NCBI GenBank assembly: GCA_965226585.1
Contig: OZ245366.1
Coordinates: forward strand, 576,001 to 640,000
DNA: 64,000 bases
Source: Thermodesulfobacteriota bacterium
GTDB taxonomy: Bacteria > Desulfobacterota_D > UBA1144 > Nemesobacterales > Mycalebacteriaceae
Reading direction: 5' to 3'
This document shows, piece by piece, positions 1 to 9,112 of the stretch. Both the position numbers and the translations under genes were made by a program. The notes under the pieces were generated by a model, which worked only from the letters and a program-made list of their open reading frames with translations, ran no database searches and was not told where the DNA came from. How positions within the stretch are numbered: the first letter of the stretch is position 1; each line of letters begins with the position of its first letter.

Positions 1-2
1 TT

Positions 3-386
3 CACGCGGTTGTTGCCCAGAGGCTTGTCCGCCTGATATGCGGGTCTTGCAAAAAGCCCGCGAGCATAAGCCCTTCCGCCCTTGCCGCGGCAATACCTGA
101 AGAGACTGCCGCGCCGGAATCGCTTTTTGAGGGCGGCGGCTGCGCGGCGTGCTCAAACACCGGATACAAGGGGCGCGAAGCGGTTTTTGAAGTCGCGGTT
201 GTGGATTCGGAACTGAAGGAGATGATTGTTGCGGGCGCGTCTCCGGGCGAGATGAGAGGGTGGGCGGCACGCAAGGGAATGCGCACGATGAGGCAAAACG
301 CGATTCACAAACTCTCGCTCGGGATTACAACTCTTGAGGAGGTTGTAAAAAACACCCCGCCCGGAGACGGCGGCACGCGGGTGTAG
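3..386 (+). CDS. pilB: Type IV pilus / T2SS assembly ATPase (PilB/GspE), 3' partial
   Basis: Frame from nt 3 reads HAVVAQRLVRLICGSC...GGGCAACSNTGYKGREAVFE...GITTLEEV, the PilB/GspE C-terminus with tetracysteine Zn motif; precedes pilC. Confidence 0.88.
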   Translation, partial: HAVVAQRLVRLICGSCKKPASISPSALAAAIPEETAAPESLFEGGGCAACSNTGYKGREAVFEVAVVDSELKEMIVAGASPGEMRGWAARKGMRTMRQNAIHKLSLGITTLEEVVKNTPPGDGGTRV

Positions 387-400
387 GCAAGGGCGATGTT

Positions 401-1513
401 ATGAAAGATTCAAGCGGCGGACTGGCGGCTCGCATCCGGGCGATACTCAAAACGGAGATACACACGGGCGGAATACCCTCTGACGTCATATACTCGTTTA
501 CAAGAAAGTTCTCCGTTATGGTCGGAGCCGGAATAGACATATCCCGCGCCCTTGATGTTCTCGCCGCGCGCGAGGCGAATTCGCGTTTCAAAAAAACGGT
601 TGAAAGCGTTGCCCTTGCCGTGCGCAGAGGGGAAAGCCTTTCGTCTGCAATGGAGAAGCATCCCGGAGCGTTTTCCCGTCTCTACACCGGGCTTGTGAAG
701 GCGGCGGAAAGCGGCGGGAACATGGGATACATAATGAAAAACCTTTCGGACAGTCTTCTGAAAACCGAACTGCTGAGGAAAAAAGTCAAAGCCGCGATGG
801 TCTATCCCTTAACGGTGATAGTGTCTGCGGTTGTTATCATGATTCTCGCCCTGTCGTTTCTGGTTCCCGTGTTTGAAGGGATATTCAATGACATGGGCGC
901 ACCGCTTCCCGCTCTCACGGCGGCGGTTATCGGGATAGCGGCTTTTGTTAAATCCAACCTTGTTGCGGTGGCGGTATTTGTGTCCGCCGCAGTCATCGTT
1001 CCCGTGCTGCTTTACAGGCGTTCCGGCAGGTTCGCGCTGTTTGCAGACCGCATGGTTTTCTTTGTTCCGGTGTTTGGAAAGATGGCGCACATGTCAATCC
1101 TGTCGCGCTTTTGCGGAACGCTCGCGTCTCTTCTGCGCGGCGGCGTTCCGCTTGTCTCCGCCCTTGAGGTGGTTTCCGTTACGGCGGACAACCGCTTTTT
1201 TTCGCGCGAAGTCATATCGTCTGCGAGGGAGATGGTTAAAGGGCGCGGTGTGGTGGAGTCTTTCAGCGGCAGAGAGCGGCTTTTTCCCGCCATATTTTTG
1301 TCAATGGTTGAAGCCGGGGAGCAGTCGGGCAGTTTGCCCCGTATGCTTGAGACTCTTGCCGAGGGCTATATGCAGGAGGCGGATTTTCTCTCAGCCGCCG
1401 TTCAGTCATCGGTTGAGAGCGCGGCAATATTTATTGTCGGGGCGATTGTCTCGGTTATAGTGATTTCAATGTATCTGCCGATATTCAGCCTTGTGTCGCT
1501 CTTTTCAGGCTGA
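401..1513 (+). CDS. pilC: Type IV pilus / T2SS inner membrane platform protein (PilC/GspF)
   Basis: Two GspF repeats (GESLSSAM..HP..F, AAESGG, AGEQSGSL), YP-TM pattern, MYLPIFSL C-terminus. Confidence 0.9.
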   Translation: MKDSSGGLAARIRAILKTEIHTGGIPSDVIYSFTRKFSVMVGAGIDISRALDVLAAREANSRFKKTVESVALAVRRGESLSSAMEKHPGAFSRLYTGLVKAAESGGNMGYIMKNLSDSLLKTELLRKKVKAAMVYPLTVIVSAVVIMILALSFLVPVFEGIFNDMGAPLPALTAAVIGIAAFVKSNLVAVAVFVSAAVIVPVLLYRRSGRFALFADRMVFFVPVFGKMAHMSILSRFCGTLASLLRGGVPLVSALEVVSVTADNRFFSREVISSAREMVKGRGVVESFSGRERLFPAIFLSMVEAGEQSGSLPRMLETLAEGYMQEADFLSAAVQSSVESAAIFIVGAIVSVIVISMYLPIFSLVSLFSG

Positions 1514-1542
1514 CGAGGCGCGCTTTCCCGGCCGGTGAATGA

Positions 1543-3657
1543 ATGGAAGACTCTTCAAAAAAACTCAGAAAAGAACTTGGAGTGAAAGACATTTTCGCCC
1601 TTGCGGCGGGAACTTCGCTGAGCGCGGGTTTCTTTCTCCTTCCCGGAATTGCCGCCAGTGAATACGGGCTTGGCACGTCTGTGGTTATCGCCTACATGGT
1701 GGCGGTTTTTTCCCTTATTCCGGTCATCTTCAGCATCGCCGAACTCTCAACCGCCATGCCCAGAGCGGGCGGAGCTTACTACTTTATAGACCGCTCTCTG
1801 GGGCCGCTTTTCGGCACAATCGGGGGCATTGGCACATGGCTCGCCCTTGTTCTCAAATCCGCGTTCGCCCTGATAGGAATGGGCTACTACATCGCGCTTT
1901 TCTTCCCGCAATACAGCCAGTACATCATACCGTTTTCCGTTTTCGCGACAGTTGTTCTGGGTTTCATTAACGCGATAGGGGCGAAGTCAAGCGGCGAGTT
2001 TCAGAAGTCTCTGGTTGCCGTGCTTGTTTTGATACTCGTCGCCTTTGTAGGCGGCGGGATTCCCGAAATAAAAACGGAAAACATAACCTCGCTTCTTGAT
2101 TTTTCCGCAGAAGCCATGATCTCCACCTCCGCCATGGTGTATATCAGTTACGCGGGCATAACGAAGATTACGAGTTTGTCGGAAGAGGTGAAAGACCCCG
2201 AAAGAACCATACCGCTCGGAATGTTCTACGCCCTCGGAGTTTCCGTTCTTGTGTACGGGCTTGGAACTCTTGTTATGGTGGGCGTTATTCCCATTGGCAA
2301 CGTGCTTGGCAACCCCACGCTTGCGGCGGATGCGGCAATGGCGGTGTTCGGCAAAACCGGGCTTTACCTCATCTCTCTCGCGGCGATTGCGGCGTTTATA
2401 TCAGTTGCCAACGCCGGAACTCTCACCGCTTCGCGCTACCCTCTCGCCATGAGCCGGGACGATATTATGCCGCGGGTTTTCAGAAGGATTTCGCACAACG
2501 GCACTCCCGTCTACGGGCTTATACTCACGGTTGCGGCAATCTCGCTAATTCTCATATTTCTCAACCCGGCGAAGATAGTTAAACTGGCAAGCGCGTTTCA
2601 ACTTTTTGTGTTCGCGATTTTGTGCTTTTCCGTAATCGTTATGAGGGAGAGCAGGATTGATTCCTACGACCCCGGATACAAATCTCCGCTCTACCCGTGG
2701 ATGCAGATAGCGGGGATTGTCTCTTCGCTGTGGCTGTTTATAAGCGTCGGATATTCCGCGAAACTTTTCACAGTCGCGGTGGTTGTGATATGCGTGTTGT
2801 GGTATCGCATTCACATCCGCGACCGCTTGAAAAGGGGCGGCGCGATATTCCATCTGTTTGAAAATCTCGGCCGCTCGCGATACGAAGGGCTTGACACTGA
2901 ACTCAGGGAGATACTCAAAGAGAAGGGTCTCAGAAAAGACGACCCGTTTGACCGCCTGATGGCGGCAAGCGCGGTGATAGACCTTGGAGACCGCGAGGGG
3001 CTTGATTTTGAAATGGTGGCGCATCTTGTTTCGCAGGAACTTGCCACGCGCCTCAAACGTTTCAGCGCGGGCGACCTTGCCGAGCGGTTTATTCGCGGCA
3101 CGGGAGTTGGCATGACTCCGGTTACGGAGGAAGGCATCGCGCTTCCGCATCTGCGGCTTGGCGGCATAGAGCAGATGGAAATAGTTATGGTTCGCGCCCG
3201 CAAAGGCGTTGACATAGCCGCAGGCGCGGGGCAGTACCCGGAATCCGTCACGAAAAAGGCGCGCGCGCTTTTCTTTCTTGCAAGCCCCGAAGCCGAGCCG
3301 AACCTGCATTTGAGAATACTTGCCAGAATGGCGAGCATTGTTGAGGATGAAGGATTTTTCAAAGACTGGATGGAAGCGGCGGGAGAGGACGGGCTGAGGG
3401 AGATATTCACGCGCAGTGAGCAGATTCTTATTATTGAGATAGGCGAATGGGACAGTCCTTCACACGCTCTTACGGGCAAGCCGCTTAAAGATTCGGGGCT
3501 TCCCGCGGGCTGTCTTGTCGCGCTGATAAAAAGGCGGGGGCGGGCTGTTGTTCCGGGTCCGATGACGGTGCTTGAGCAGGGCGACATTGTAACCTTTGTT
3601 GGCGAGCCGCAGGCGGTTGAAGAACTTAAAAGGAAGTATCCGGCAAAGGCGGGATGA
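1543..3657 (+). CDS. APC-family amino acid/cation transporter fused to PTS EIIA-like and RCK_C (TrkA-C) domains
   Basis: About 12 TM APC domain (AELSTAMPRAGGAY, SEEVKDP); GIALPHLR and HLRILARMA EIIA motifs; C-terminal GKPLKD..LP..CLVALIKR..P...LEQGD RCK_C. Confidence 0.8.
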   Translation: MEDSSKKLRKELGVKDIFALAAGTSLSAGFFLLPGIAASEYGLGTSVVIAYMVAVFSLIPVIFSIAELSTAMPRAGGAYYFIDRSLGPLFGTIGGIGTWLALVLKSAFALIGMGYYIALFFPQYSQYIIPFSVFATVVLGFINAIGAKSSGEFQKSLVAVLVLILVAFVGGGIPEIKTENITSLLDFSAEAMISTSAMVYISYAGITKITSLSEEVKDPERTIPLGMFYALGVSVLVYGLGTLVMVGVIPIGNVLGNPTLAADAAMAVFGKTGLYLISLAAIAAFISVANAGTLTASRYPLAMSRDDIMPRVFRRISHNGTPVYGLILTVAAISLILIFLNPAKIVKLASAFQLFVFAILCFSVIVMRESRIDSYDPGYKSPLYPWMQIAGIVSSLWLFISVGYSAKLFTVAVVVICVLWYRIHIRDRLKRGGAIFHLFENLGRSRYEGLDTELREILKEKGLRKDDPFDRLMAASAVIDLGDREGLDFEMVAHLVSQELATRLKRFSAGDLAERFIRGTGVGMTPVTEEGIALPHLRLGGIEQMEIVMVRARKGVDIAAGAGQYPESVTKKARALFFLASPEAEPNLHLRILARMASIVEDEGFFKDWMEAAGEDGLREIFTRSEQILIIEIGEWDSPSHALTGKPLKDSGLPAGCLVALIKRRGRAVVPGPMTVLEQGDIVTFVGEPQAVEELKRKYPAKAG

Positions 3658-3664
3658 GGCGGTT

Positions 3665-4330
3665 TTGAAATACGAAGCGGTAATTTTTGACCTTGACGGA
3701 ACCCTTGTTGACTCAGTCGCAGACATAGCCGGCGCGGCGAACATGGCTTTGAGAGCGCATGGTTTTGAGGCGCGCAAGACAGATGAATACCGCTTTTTTA
3801 TAGGCGAGGGCGCGCGGGAGATGATAAAAAAAGCCCTTCCGCCGTCTGCCGGTGAAAGCGACATCGGCAAGTGTCTTGAGGGTTTTATGGCTTTCTACAG
3901 GGAGGGTTTTGACGTCCACACAAAACTGTATGACGGAATGCCCGAACTGCTTGGCGCGCTTTGCGGCAGGGGCGTAAAAATTGCCGTGCTTTCCAACAAG
4001 CCGCAGGAGATGACTTCAAAGATTGCCGACAGTCTTCTTGCCGGGTGGGATTTTTCTGAAATTGTGGGGCACAGCGAAAAAGTGCCGCGAAAGCCCGACC
4101 CTTCGGGCGCTCTGGAGTTGTGCAAAAGAATGGGGGTTTCCGCCGCCGCAAGCGTATTTGTGGGGGATTCCGCGATAGACATGAAAACCGCAACCGCTTC
4201 GGGAATGCTTCCCGTGGGCGTGCTGTGGGGATTTAGAAGCAGGGAAGAGTTGGTGCAGTCCGGCGCGGCTTACGTTATGGAGAGACCCGGAGAGTTGGAG
4301 GAGATAATAGGCGGGGGCGGAAAGGTTTGA
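3665..4330 (+). CDS. HAD family hydrolase (phosphoglycolate phosphatase-like)
   Basis: IFDLDGTLVDS, LSNK, RKPDP, VGDSAID motifs; TTG start at 3665 after GAGG. Confidence 0.85.
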   Translation: MKYEAVIFDLDGTLVDSVADIAGAANMALRAHGFEARKTDEYRFFIGEGAREMIKKALPPSAGESDIGKCLEGFMAFYREGFDVHTKLYDGMPELLGALCGRGVKIAVLSNKPQEMTSKIADSLLAGWDFSEIVGHSEKVPRKPDPSGALELCKRMGVSAAASVFVGDSAIDMKTATASGMLPVGVLWGFRSREELVQSGAAYVMERPGELEEIIGGGGKV

Positions 4331-5514
4331 GCGTGGGCGGCACAAAAAAGCGGCTTGGAATTCTGGGCGGCGGACAGTTGGGGCAGATGCTGTGCATCGC
4401 CGCAAAAGAGTCAAAAAACAAAGAACTGAGAGCGAGCGGTGTTGAGACGTTTGTTCTTGACCCGTCCGCAGACTGCCCGGCGGCGAATGTGTGTTCAAAC
4501 TTCACGCAAGGAGATTTCAGAAATGCCGAAGATGTTCTTGCCTTTGGCGAAAAGGTTGATGTTCTAACGATTGAGATAGAGCACGTGAACACGGACGCGC
4601 TCACGGAACTTGTGAAAGAAGGGGTGGATGTACATCCGTCTCCCGAAATAATTTCCTGCATACAGGACAAGGGGTCGCAGAAGCAGTTTTACAGAGACAA
4701 TCAGATTCCCATCAGGCCGCCGTTTGATGGGATAGCAACCGTTGTTGAGACGGCTGATGAAATACGGCAGTACGCAAAGAAGCACAACATTTTTTCGTTT
4801 GTGCAGAAACTGTGCAAAGGCGGCTATGACGGGCGCGGCGTGTTTGTTGTCCGCTCGCCGGATGACCTTGACCGTCTTCTTAAAGGCGCGTCTGTGGTTG
4901 AGCGTTTTGTTGAGATTGAGAAGGAGTTGTCCGTTATTGTGGCGCAAAACGCGAACGGGGAGACGGTTTGTTTTCCGCCGGTTGAGATGGCTTTCAACAG
5001 CGAGGCAAACCTTGTTGAGTTTGTTTCCTGCCCCGCGAGTGTCAGCAGTCAGGTTTCCGGTGAATGCGAAAAGATTGCCGCAGATATTGCCAAGGTGTGG
5101 AATCTTCGCGGCATTCTTGCCGTTGAGATGTTTCTCTCAAAAGACGGCGCGGTGATTGTGAACGAGTCCGCCCCTCGTCCTCACAACAGCGGGCATCACA
5201 CAATAGAGGCGTGTGTTACATCGCAATACGAGCAATGTTTGCTTGCCGTGCTGGGGCTTCCGCTTGGCGACACATCTTTGAAAATCCCGTCTGTGATGGT
5301 GAACATACTTGGAGAGCCGGGGCACAGCGGCGATGCGGTTTATAAGGGGCTTGAGGAGAGCATGAAAGTGGAGGGGGCGAATTTTCACATATACGGCAAG
5401 CGGCAGACAAAGCCGTTCAGGAAGATGGGGCACGTTACGGTTGTTGACGAAAATATGGAGAGCGCCTTTGAAAAAGCGCGGAGTATCAAACAAAATCTAA
5501 AGGTGGTGTCATGA
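4327..5514 (+). CDS. purK: N5-carboxyaminoimidazole ribonucleotide synthase
   Basis: GILGGGQLG, GGYDGRG, NESAPRPHNSGH, YGK...RKMGHVT; adjacent to purE. Confidence 0.95.
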   Translation: MSVGGTKKRLGILGGGQLGQMLCIAAKESKNKELRASGVETFVLDPSADCPAANVCSNFTQGDFRNAEDVLAFGEKVDVLTIEIEHVNTDALTELVKEGVDVHPSPEIISCIQDKGSQKQFYRDNQIPIRPPFDGIATVVETADEIRQYAKKHNIFSFVQKLCKGGYDGRGVFVVRSPDDLDRLLKGASVVERFVEIEKELSVIVAQNANGETVCFPPVEMAFNSEANLVEFVSCPASVSSQVSGECEKIAADIAKVWNLRGILAVEMFLSKDGAVIVNESAPRPHNSGHHTIEACVTSQYEQCLLAVLGLPLGDTSLKIPSVMVNILGEPGHSGDAVYKGLEESMKVEGANFHIYGKRQTKPFRKMGHVTVVDENMESAFEKARSIKQNLKVVS

Positions 5515-6032
5515 GCAAGCCGGTTGCAAGTGTTGTTATGGGTTCGGATTCAGACCTCAAGGTTATGAAAGAGGCGGCGGCGTTTCTTGAGGGCGTGGGT
5601 GTTGAGACTGAGGTTACAATTGTGAGCGCGCACAGGACTCCCGAGCGGCTTTTTGATTTTGCGAAGAATGCGCACGGGCGTGGTGTTGAGGTTGTAATTG
5701 CCGGCGCGGGCGGGGCGGCTCATTTGCCCGGAATGATTGCGTCAATTTCGCCGCTTCCGGTGATTGGAGTGCCGATAAACTCGTCAAATTCGATTGACGG
5801 TGTGGATTCCGTTTTGTCTATTCTTCAAATGCCCGCAGGTGTGCCGGTTGCCACGGTAGCGGTTGACGGCGGAAAAAACGCGGGAATTCTCGCCGCTGAA
5901 ATCCTCGCGGTGAAAGACGCAAAGTTGAGGGAAAAACTGATTGAGTTCAAAAAAACTCTCGCAGACGATGTTAGGAAGAAGTTTGAGAAACTTGAGAAAG
6001 AGGGTTATGTGGAGTATTTGAAAGGGAAATAA
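5511..6032 (+). CDS. purE: N5-CAIR mutase
   Basis: MGSDSD, SAHRTP, AGAGGAAHLPGM, QMPAGVPVATV. Confidence 0.97.
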   Translation: MSKPVASVVMGSDSDLKVMKEAAAFLEGVGVETEVTIVSAHRTPERLFDFAKNAHGRGVEVVIAGAGGAAHLPGMIASISPLPVIGVPINSSNSIDGVDSVLSILQMPAGVPVATVAVDGGKNAGILAAEILAVKDAKLREKLIEFKKTLADDVRKKFEKLEKEGYVEYLKGK

Positions 6033-6036
6033 CCAA

Positions 6037-7620
6037 ATGCCGAAAAAGAATATACTGCTGATAGAGCCGGGATATAGGAACAAATATCCACCCTTGGGGC
6101 TTATGAAAATTGCCCAGTATCACGGGCCCCAAGGGAAAAACGATAATGTTCATTTTGTTAAAGGAGAAGACCAGAGCGTATTAGAACAGGATTGGGACAG
6201 GGTCTACATTACAACACTCTTTTCTTTTGAATTTAGTCGGATCAAAAAAACCATTGAGTACGCGCTGAAAGTTGCCAAAGGTGAGAACAGAAAAATCTTT
6301 GTCGGTGGTATAGCAGTTTCTCTAATGCATGAACTCTTTGTTGAAGAGAGAAACTGGGAAGGTATACGCTTTATCACGGGACTGCTTTCCAAGTCGCCAG
6401 CGAAGTCTTTGCAACTTGGCAGAGGAGATTTTTACTCAAGAGATACAAAAAGCACTCCAATAGAAGATTTGGTTCCAGATTACAGCATCTTAGACCAAGT
6501 AGATTACGACTATCCCGTTAGAGATGCTTATTTTGCTTATGCTTCCCGTGGATGTGTTCGCACCTGTCGTTTCTGTGGTGTGCCTAAATTAGAGGGTGCA
6601 CAACGTGATATGCCTTCAATATCAGGTGTTGTAGATGGCATAGCAAAACAATACGGAGAGAAGAAAGATTTGGTTCTTATGGACAACAACTTTACCGCCT
6701 CACAAAACTTTCGTGAACTTGTTGCGGAAATACAAGATTTGGGTTTTTCAAGAGGGGCAAAAATCAAGAGAGGTAAATCCAACCTGAAAAGACGTGTGGA
6801 TTTCAACCAAGGGGTTGATTCTCGTATTCTGTGTAAGAATGAGATGTTTCTAAAAGAGATGTCTAAACTTTGTGTCAGTCCTCTACGTATTGCTTTCGAC
6901 CACTGGGGGCTACGCAAACAGTATGAAGAATCTATCCGTTTTGCACACAAGTTTGATATGAATCAACTTTCTAACTATATGCTCTACAATTTCCATGATA
7001 CGCCGGAAGACCTCTACAAAAGAATGGAGTTGAACATAGACCTTAACGAAGAGCTTGGTATTCGTATTTGGTCTTTTCCTATGCGTTATCAGCCTACAAA
7101 TCTACCGAAAAGATCTCATGTAGGCGAAAAATGGACTTGGTATCAGTTGCGTTCTTTTCAACTTATTTTGCAAGCAACACACGGGGTTGTAAGCGGCAAC
7201 CCGTCTTTTTTCAACTACGCTTTCGGTAGTTCCACCGAAGAATTTAGGGAAATTCTTCTTTATCCACATCGCTATATTTTTCATAGGAAATGGTTTAAAG
7301 AACAAGGTGGACAAGGTGAATTTGAAGATTTCAAAATCCAATTGTCTAAACTGTCAGAAGATGAAAAACAGGAGCTTATTGACTGGCTTTCAGTTCAGGA
7401 TAATCGCTATATGTCGCAAGAGGAAGTGTGTTCAAAGAGGAAAGAGTTGAGGAAACGGAAGTTGAAAAGCATCCTTCCGTTTTATAAAAAGGCGATTAAG
7501 TCTGAAACGGATGAGATTTACAGACTTCAGGAAGATATGAGACGACAAGTTGATTGCAGTCTTCAAGAAGATGAATTTGTTGAAGATGCTGGGCTTGGTT
7601 ATGACAAACATGGAGATTGA
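6037..7620 (+). CDS. Radical SAM protein with cobalamin-binding-like N-terminal domain
   Basis: SRGCVRTCRFC = CxxxCxxC; N-terminal ILLIEP...PPLGL and IFVGG typical of B12-binding-domain radical SAM proteins; LMDNNF, DFNQG core motifs. Confidence 0.85.
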   Translation: MPKKNILLIEPGYRNKYPPLGLMKIAQYHGPQGKNDNVHFVKGEDQSVLEQDWDRVYITTLFSFEFSRIKKTIEYALKVAKGENRKIFVGGIAVSLMHELFVEERNWEGIRFITGLLSKSPAKSLQLGRGDFYSRDTKSTPIEDLVPDYSILDQVDYDYPVRDAYFAYASRGCVRTCRFCGVPKLEGAQRDMPSISGVVDGIAKQYGEKKDLVLMDNNFTASQNFRELVAEIQDLGFSRGAKIKRGKSNLKRRVDFNQGVDSRILCKNEMFLKEMSKLCVSPLRIAFDHWGLRKQYEESIRFAHKFDMNQLSNYMLYNFHDTPEDLYKRMELNIDLNEELGIRIWSFPMRYQPTNLPKRSHVGEKWTWYQLRSFQLILQATHGVVSGNPSFFNYAFGSSTEEFREILLYPHRYIFHRKWFKEQGGQGEFEDFKIQLSKLSEDEKQELIDWLSVQDNRYMSQEEVCSKRKELRKRKLKSILPFYKKAIKSETDEIYRLQEDMRRQVDCSLQEDEFVEDAGLGYDKHGD

Positions 7621-7644
7621 CAATTCAATTTTAGGAGGTTGTAA

Positions 7645-8682
7645 ATGCCAGAAGAAGGTTACAAGTTACTTGATGTGGGGAAAATAGAATTTGATACGGA
7701 AAACCCCCGAATTAAGAAGTCTCTCGAGAAGTATAAAGGCGAGATTACTGCAGAACGTATTGCTTTTGCTCTGCGTTCCGCTACGAGTGGAGAATCAAAA
7801 AGCGATTCAAGTTTTAACAAGCTCAAAGATTCTATCGGAGCAAATGGTGGTATAACAATTCCCATTACTGTTGTGAAGCAAGGCAAAAAGTATATTTGTA
7901 TTGATGGGAATACCCGTCTCGCAATTTATAAAGACTTTCATAAAAGTGGGTCTAAAGGAGATTGGTCAAAGATCCCTGCTTTGCTGAAAGACAATCCTGA
8001 AAAAAGTGAAATAGAAAAAATACGTGTTTCTGCACACTTGGTTGGAGCCAGAGACTGGCCCGCATACGAAAAGGCAAGGTATCTTCATGACTTGTACTAT
8101 TCAGAACTAATGAGTTACAGCGAAATGGTAGCACTATGCGGAGGAAACAAGAAGGCAATAGAAAGTCAGATTCAAGCATATAAGGACATGAATGAGTTCT
8201 ACCGTGATATCGTTGACGATACGGCATTCCAGATTGATCGTTTTAGTGGGTTTCAGGAATTGCAAAAATCTGGAATTAAAGATGCAATTTTTAGTGCAGG
8301 ACTTGAATTGAAGGATTTTGGAGAGTGGATACGCGATGGGAAAATAGAGCGCTTGGAAGATGTCCGTGAGCTGAAGAAGGGGGTTCTTAGTGATGAGGAA
8401 GCCAGAAAAGTTTTCTTGAGTGGTGGTGTTAATTCTATAAAAGACGCCATCAAAGTTATGGAGAGAAATCAGGACTCAAAAAGAGACAAGCCTCTGGGCA
8501 GTTCTACTTTGGAAGAATCTACAACCTACCAGATAGCGGAGGTTCTTTCCCGCCGCATCAATGAAATGCCTTTTCATGAAATTCGCACGCTTCAAAACAG
8601 AGATGGTGGTTCTGAACAAGTCTTAATACTTGAGGAATTGATGGGGCGCCTGAAACAGTTACTAGATAATGTCCCAGAGTGA
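7645..8682 (+). CDS. ParB/Sulfiredoxin N-terminal domain protein with putative HTH (island paralog 1)
   Basis: ENPR, GGITIPI, IDGNTRLA (ParB/Srx GxxR motif); RBS AGGAGG at 7633-7638. Confidence 0.75.
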   Translation: MPEEGYKLLDVGKIEFDTENPRIKKSLEKYKGEITAERIAFALRSATSGESKSDSSFNKLKDSIGANGGITIPITVVKQGKKYICIDGNTRLAIYKDFHKSGSKGDWSKIPALLKDNPEKSEIEKIRVSAHLVGARDWPAYEKARYLHDLYYSELMSYSEMVALCGGNKKAIESQIQAYKDMNEFYRDIVDDTAFQIDRFSGFQELQKSGIKDAIFSAGLELKDFGEWIRDGKIERLEDVRELKKGVLSDEEARKVFLSGGVNSIKDAIKVMERNQDSKRDKPLGSSTLEESTTYQIAEVLSRRINEMPFHEIRTLQNRDGGSEQVLILEELMGRLKQLLDNVPE

Positions 8683-9112
8683 AAAACATAGAGAACTTAT
8701 TCTGACAGTATCTGCCTCACTTCAAAAGAGATATGTTGGAATTAAATTAGTTAATGATCTTCCCAAGTGTCCCGGTGAAGATATCCCTCCGCTAATCAGA
8801 GGTTTTAGACCTGATGTGTATGCATGTGATGAAGATACTGTGATTATTATAGCTGAAGCCAAAACGAATATAGACATAGACAATAGGCATACTCGAGATC
8901 AAGTGTCATCGTTTATAAGCCATTTAGAAAACGATAATAGACAAGGAACTTTCGTCCTTGCTGTAGCGGGTACGGGAGCCGACATTGCCAAAACTGTATT
9001 AAGATTTATTTGTAAAGAAATGAAGATAGCAAGTACGCAAATTCAGATTTTTGATACTTGTGACTACTGGAATTTTGACTTTGTTGGTGGGGTTAAATGG
9101 CATTTAATTTAA
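8669..9112 (+). CDS. Small putative PD-(D/E)xK restriction-endonuclease-fold protein
   Basis: SEKH..L helix, then FRPDVYA...IIAEAKT matching PD-xn-(D/E)xK; overlaps both neighbours. Confidence 0.6.
   Translation: MSQSEKHRELILTVSASLQKRYVGIKLVNDLPKCPGEDIPPLIRGFRPDVYACDEDTVIIIAEAKTNIDIDNRHTRDQVSSFISHLENDNRQGTFVLAVAGTGADIAKTVLRFICKEMKIASTQIQIFDTCDYWNFDFVGGVKWHLI

Noticed and set aside
6037..7620. Radical SAM as viperin, QueE or MqnC/MqnE
   Set aside because: Too long, has an extra N-terminal B12-like domain, lacks the motifs I associate with those families, and has no que/dpd neighbours
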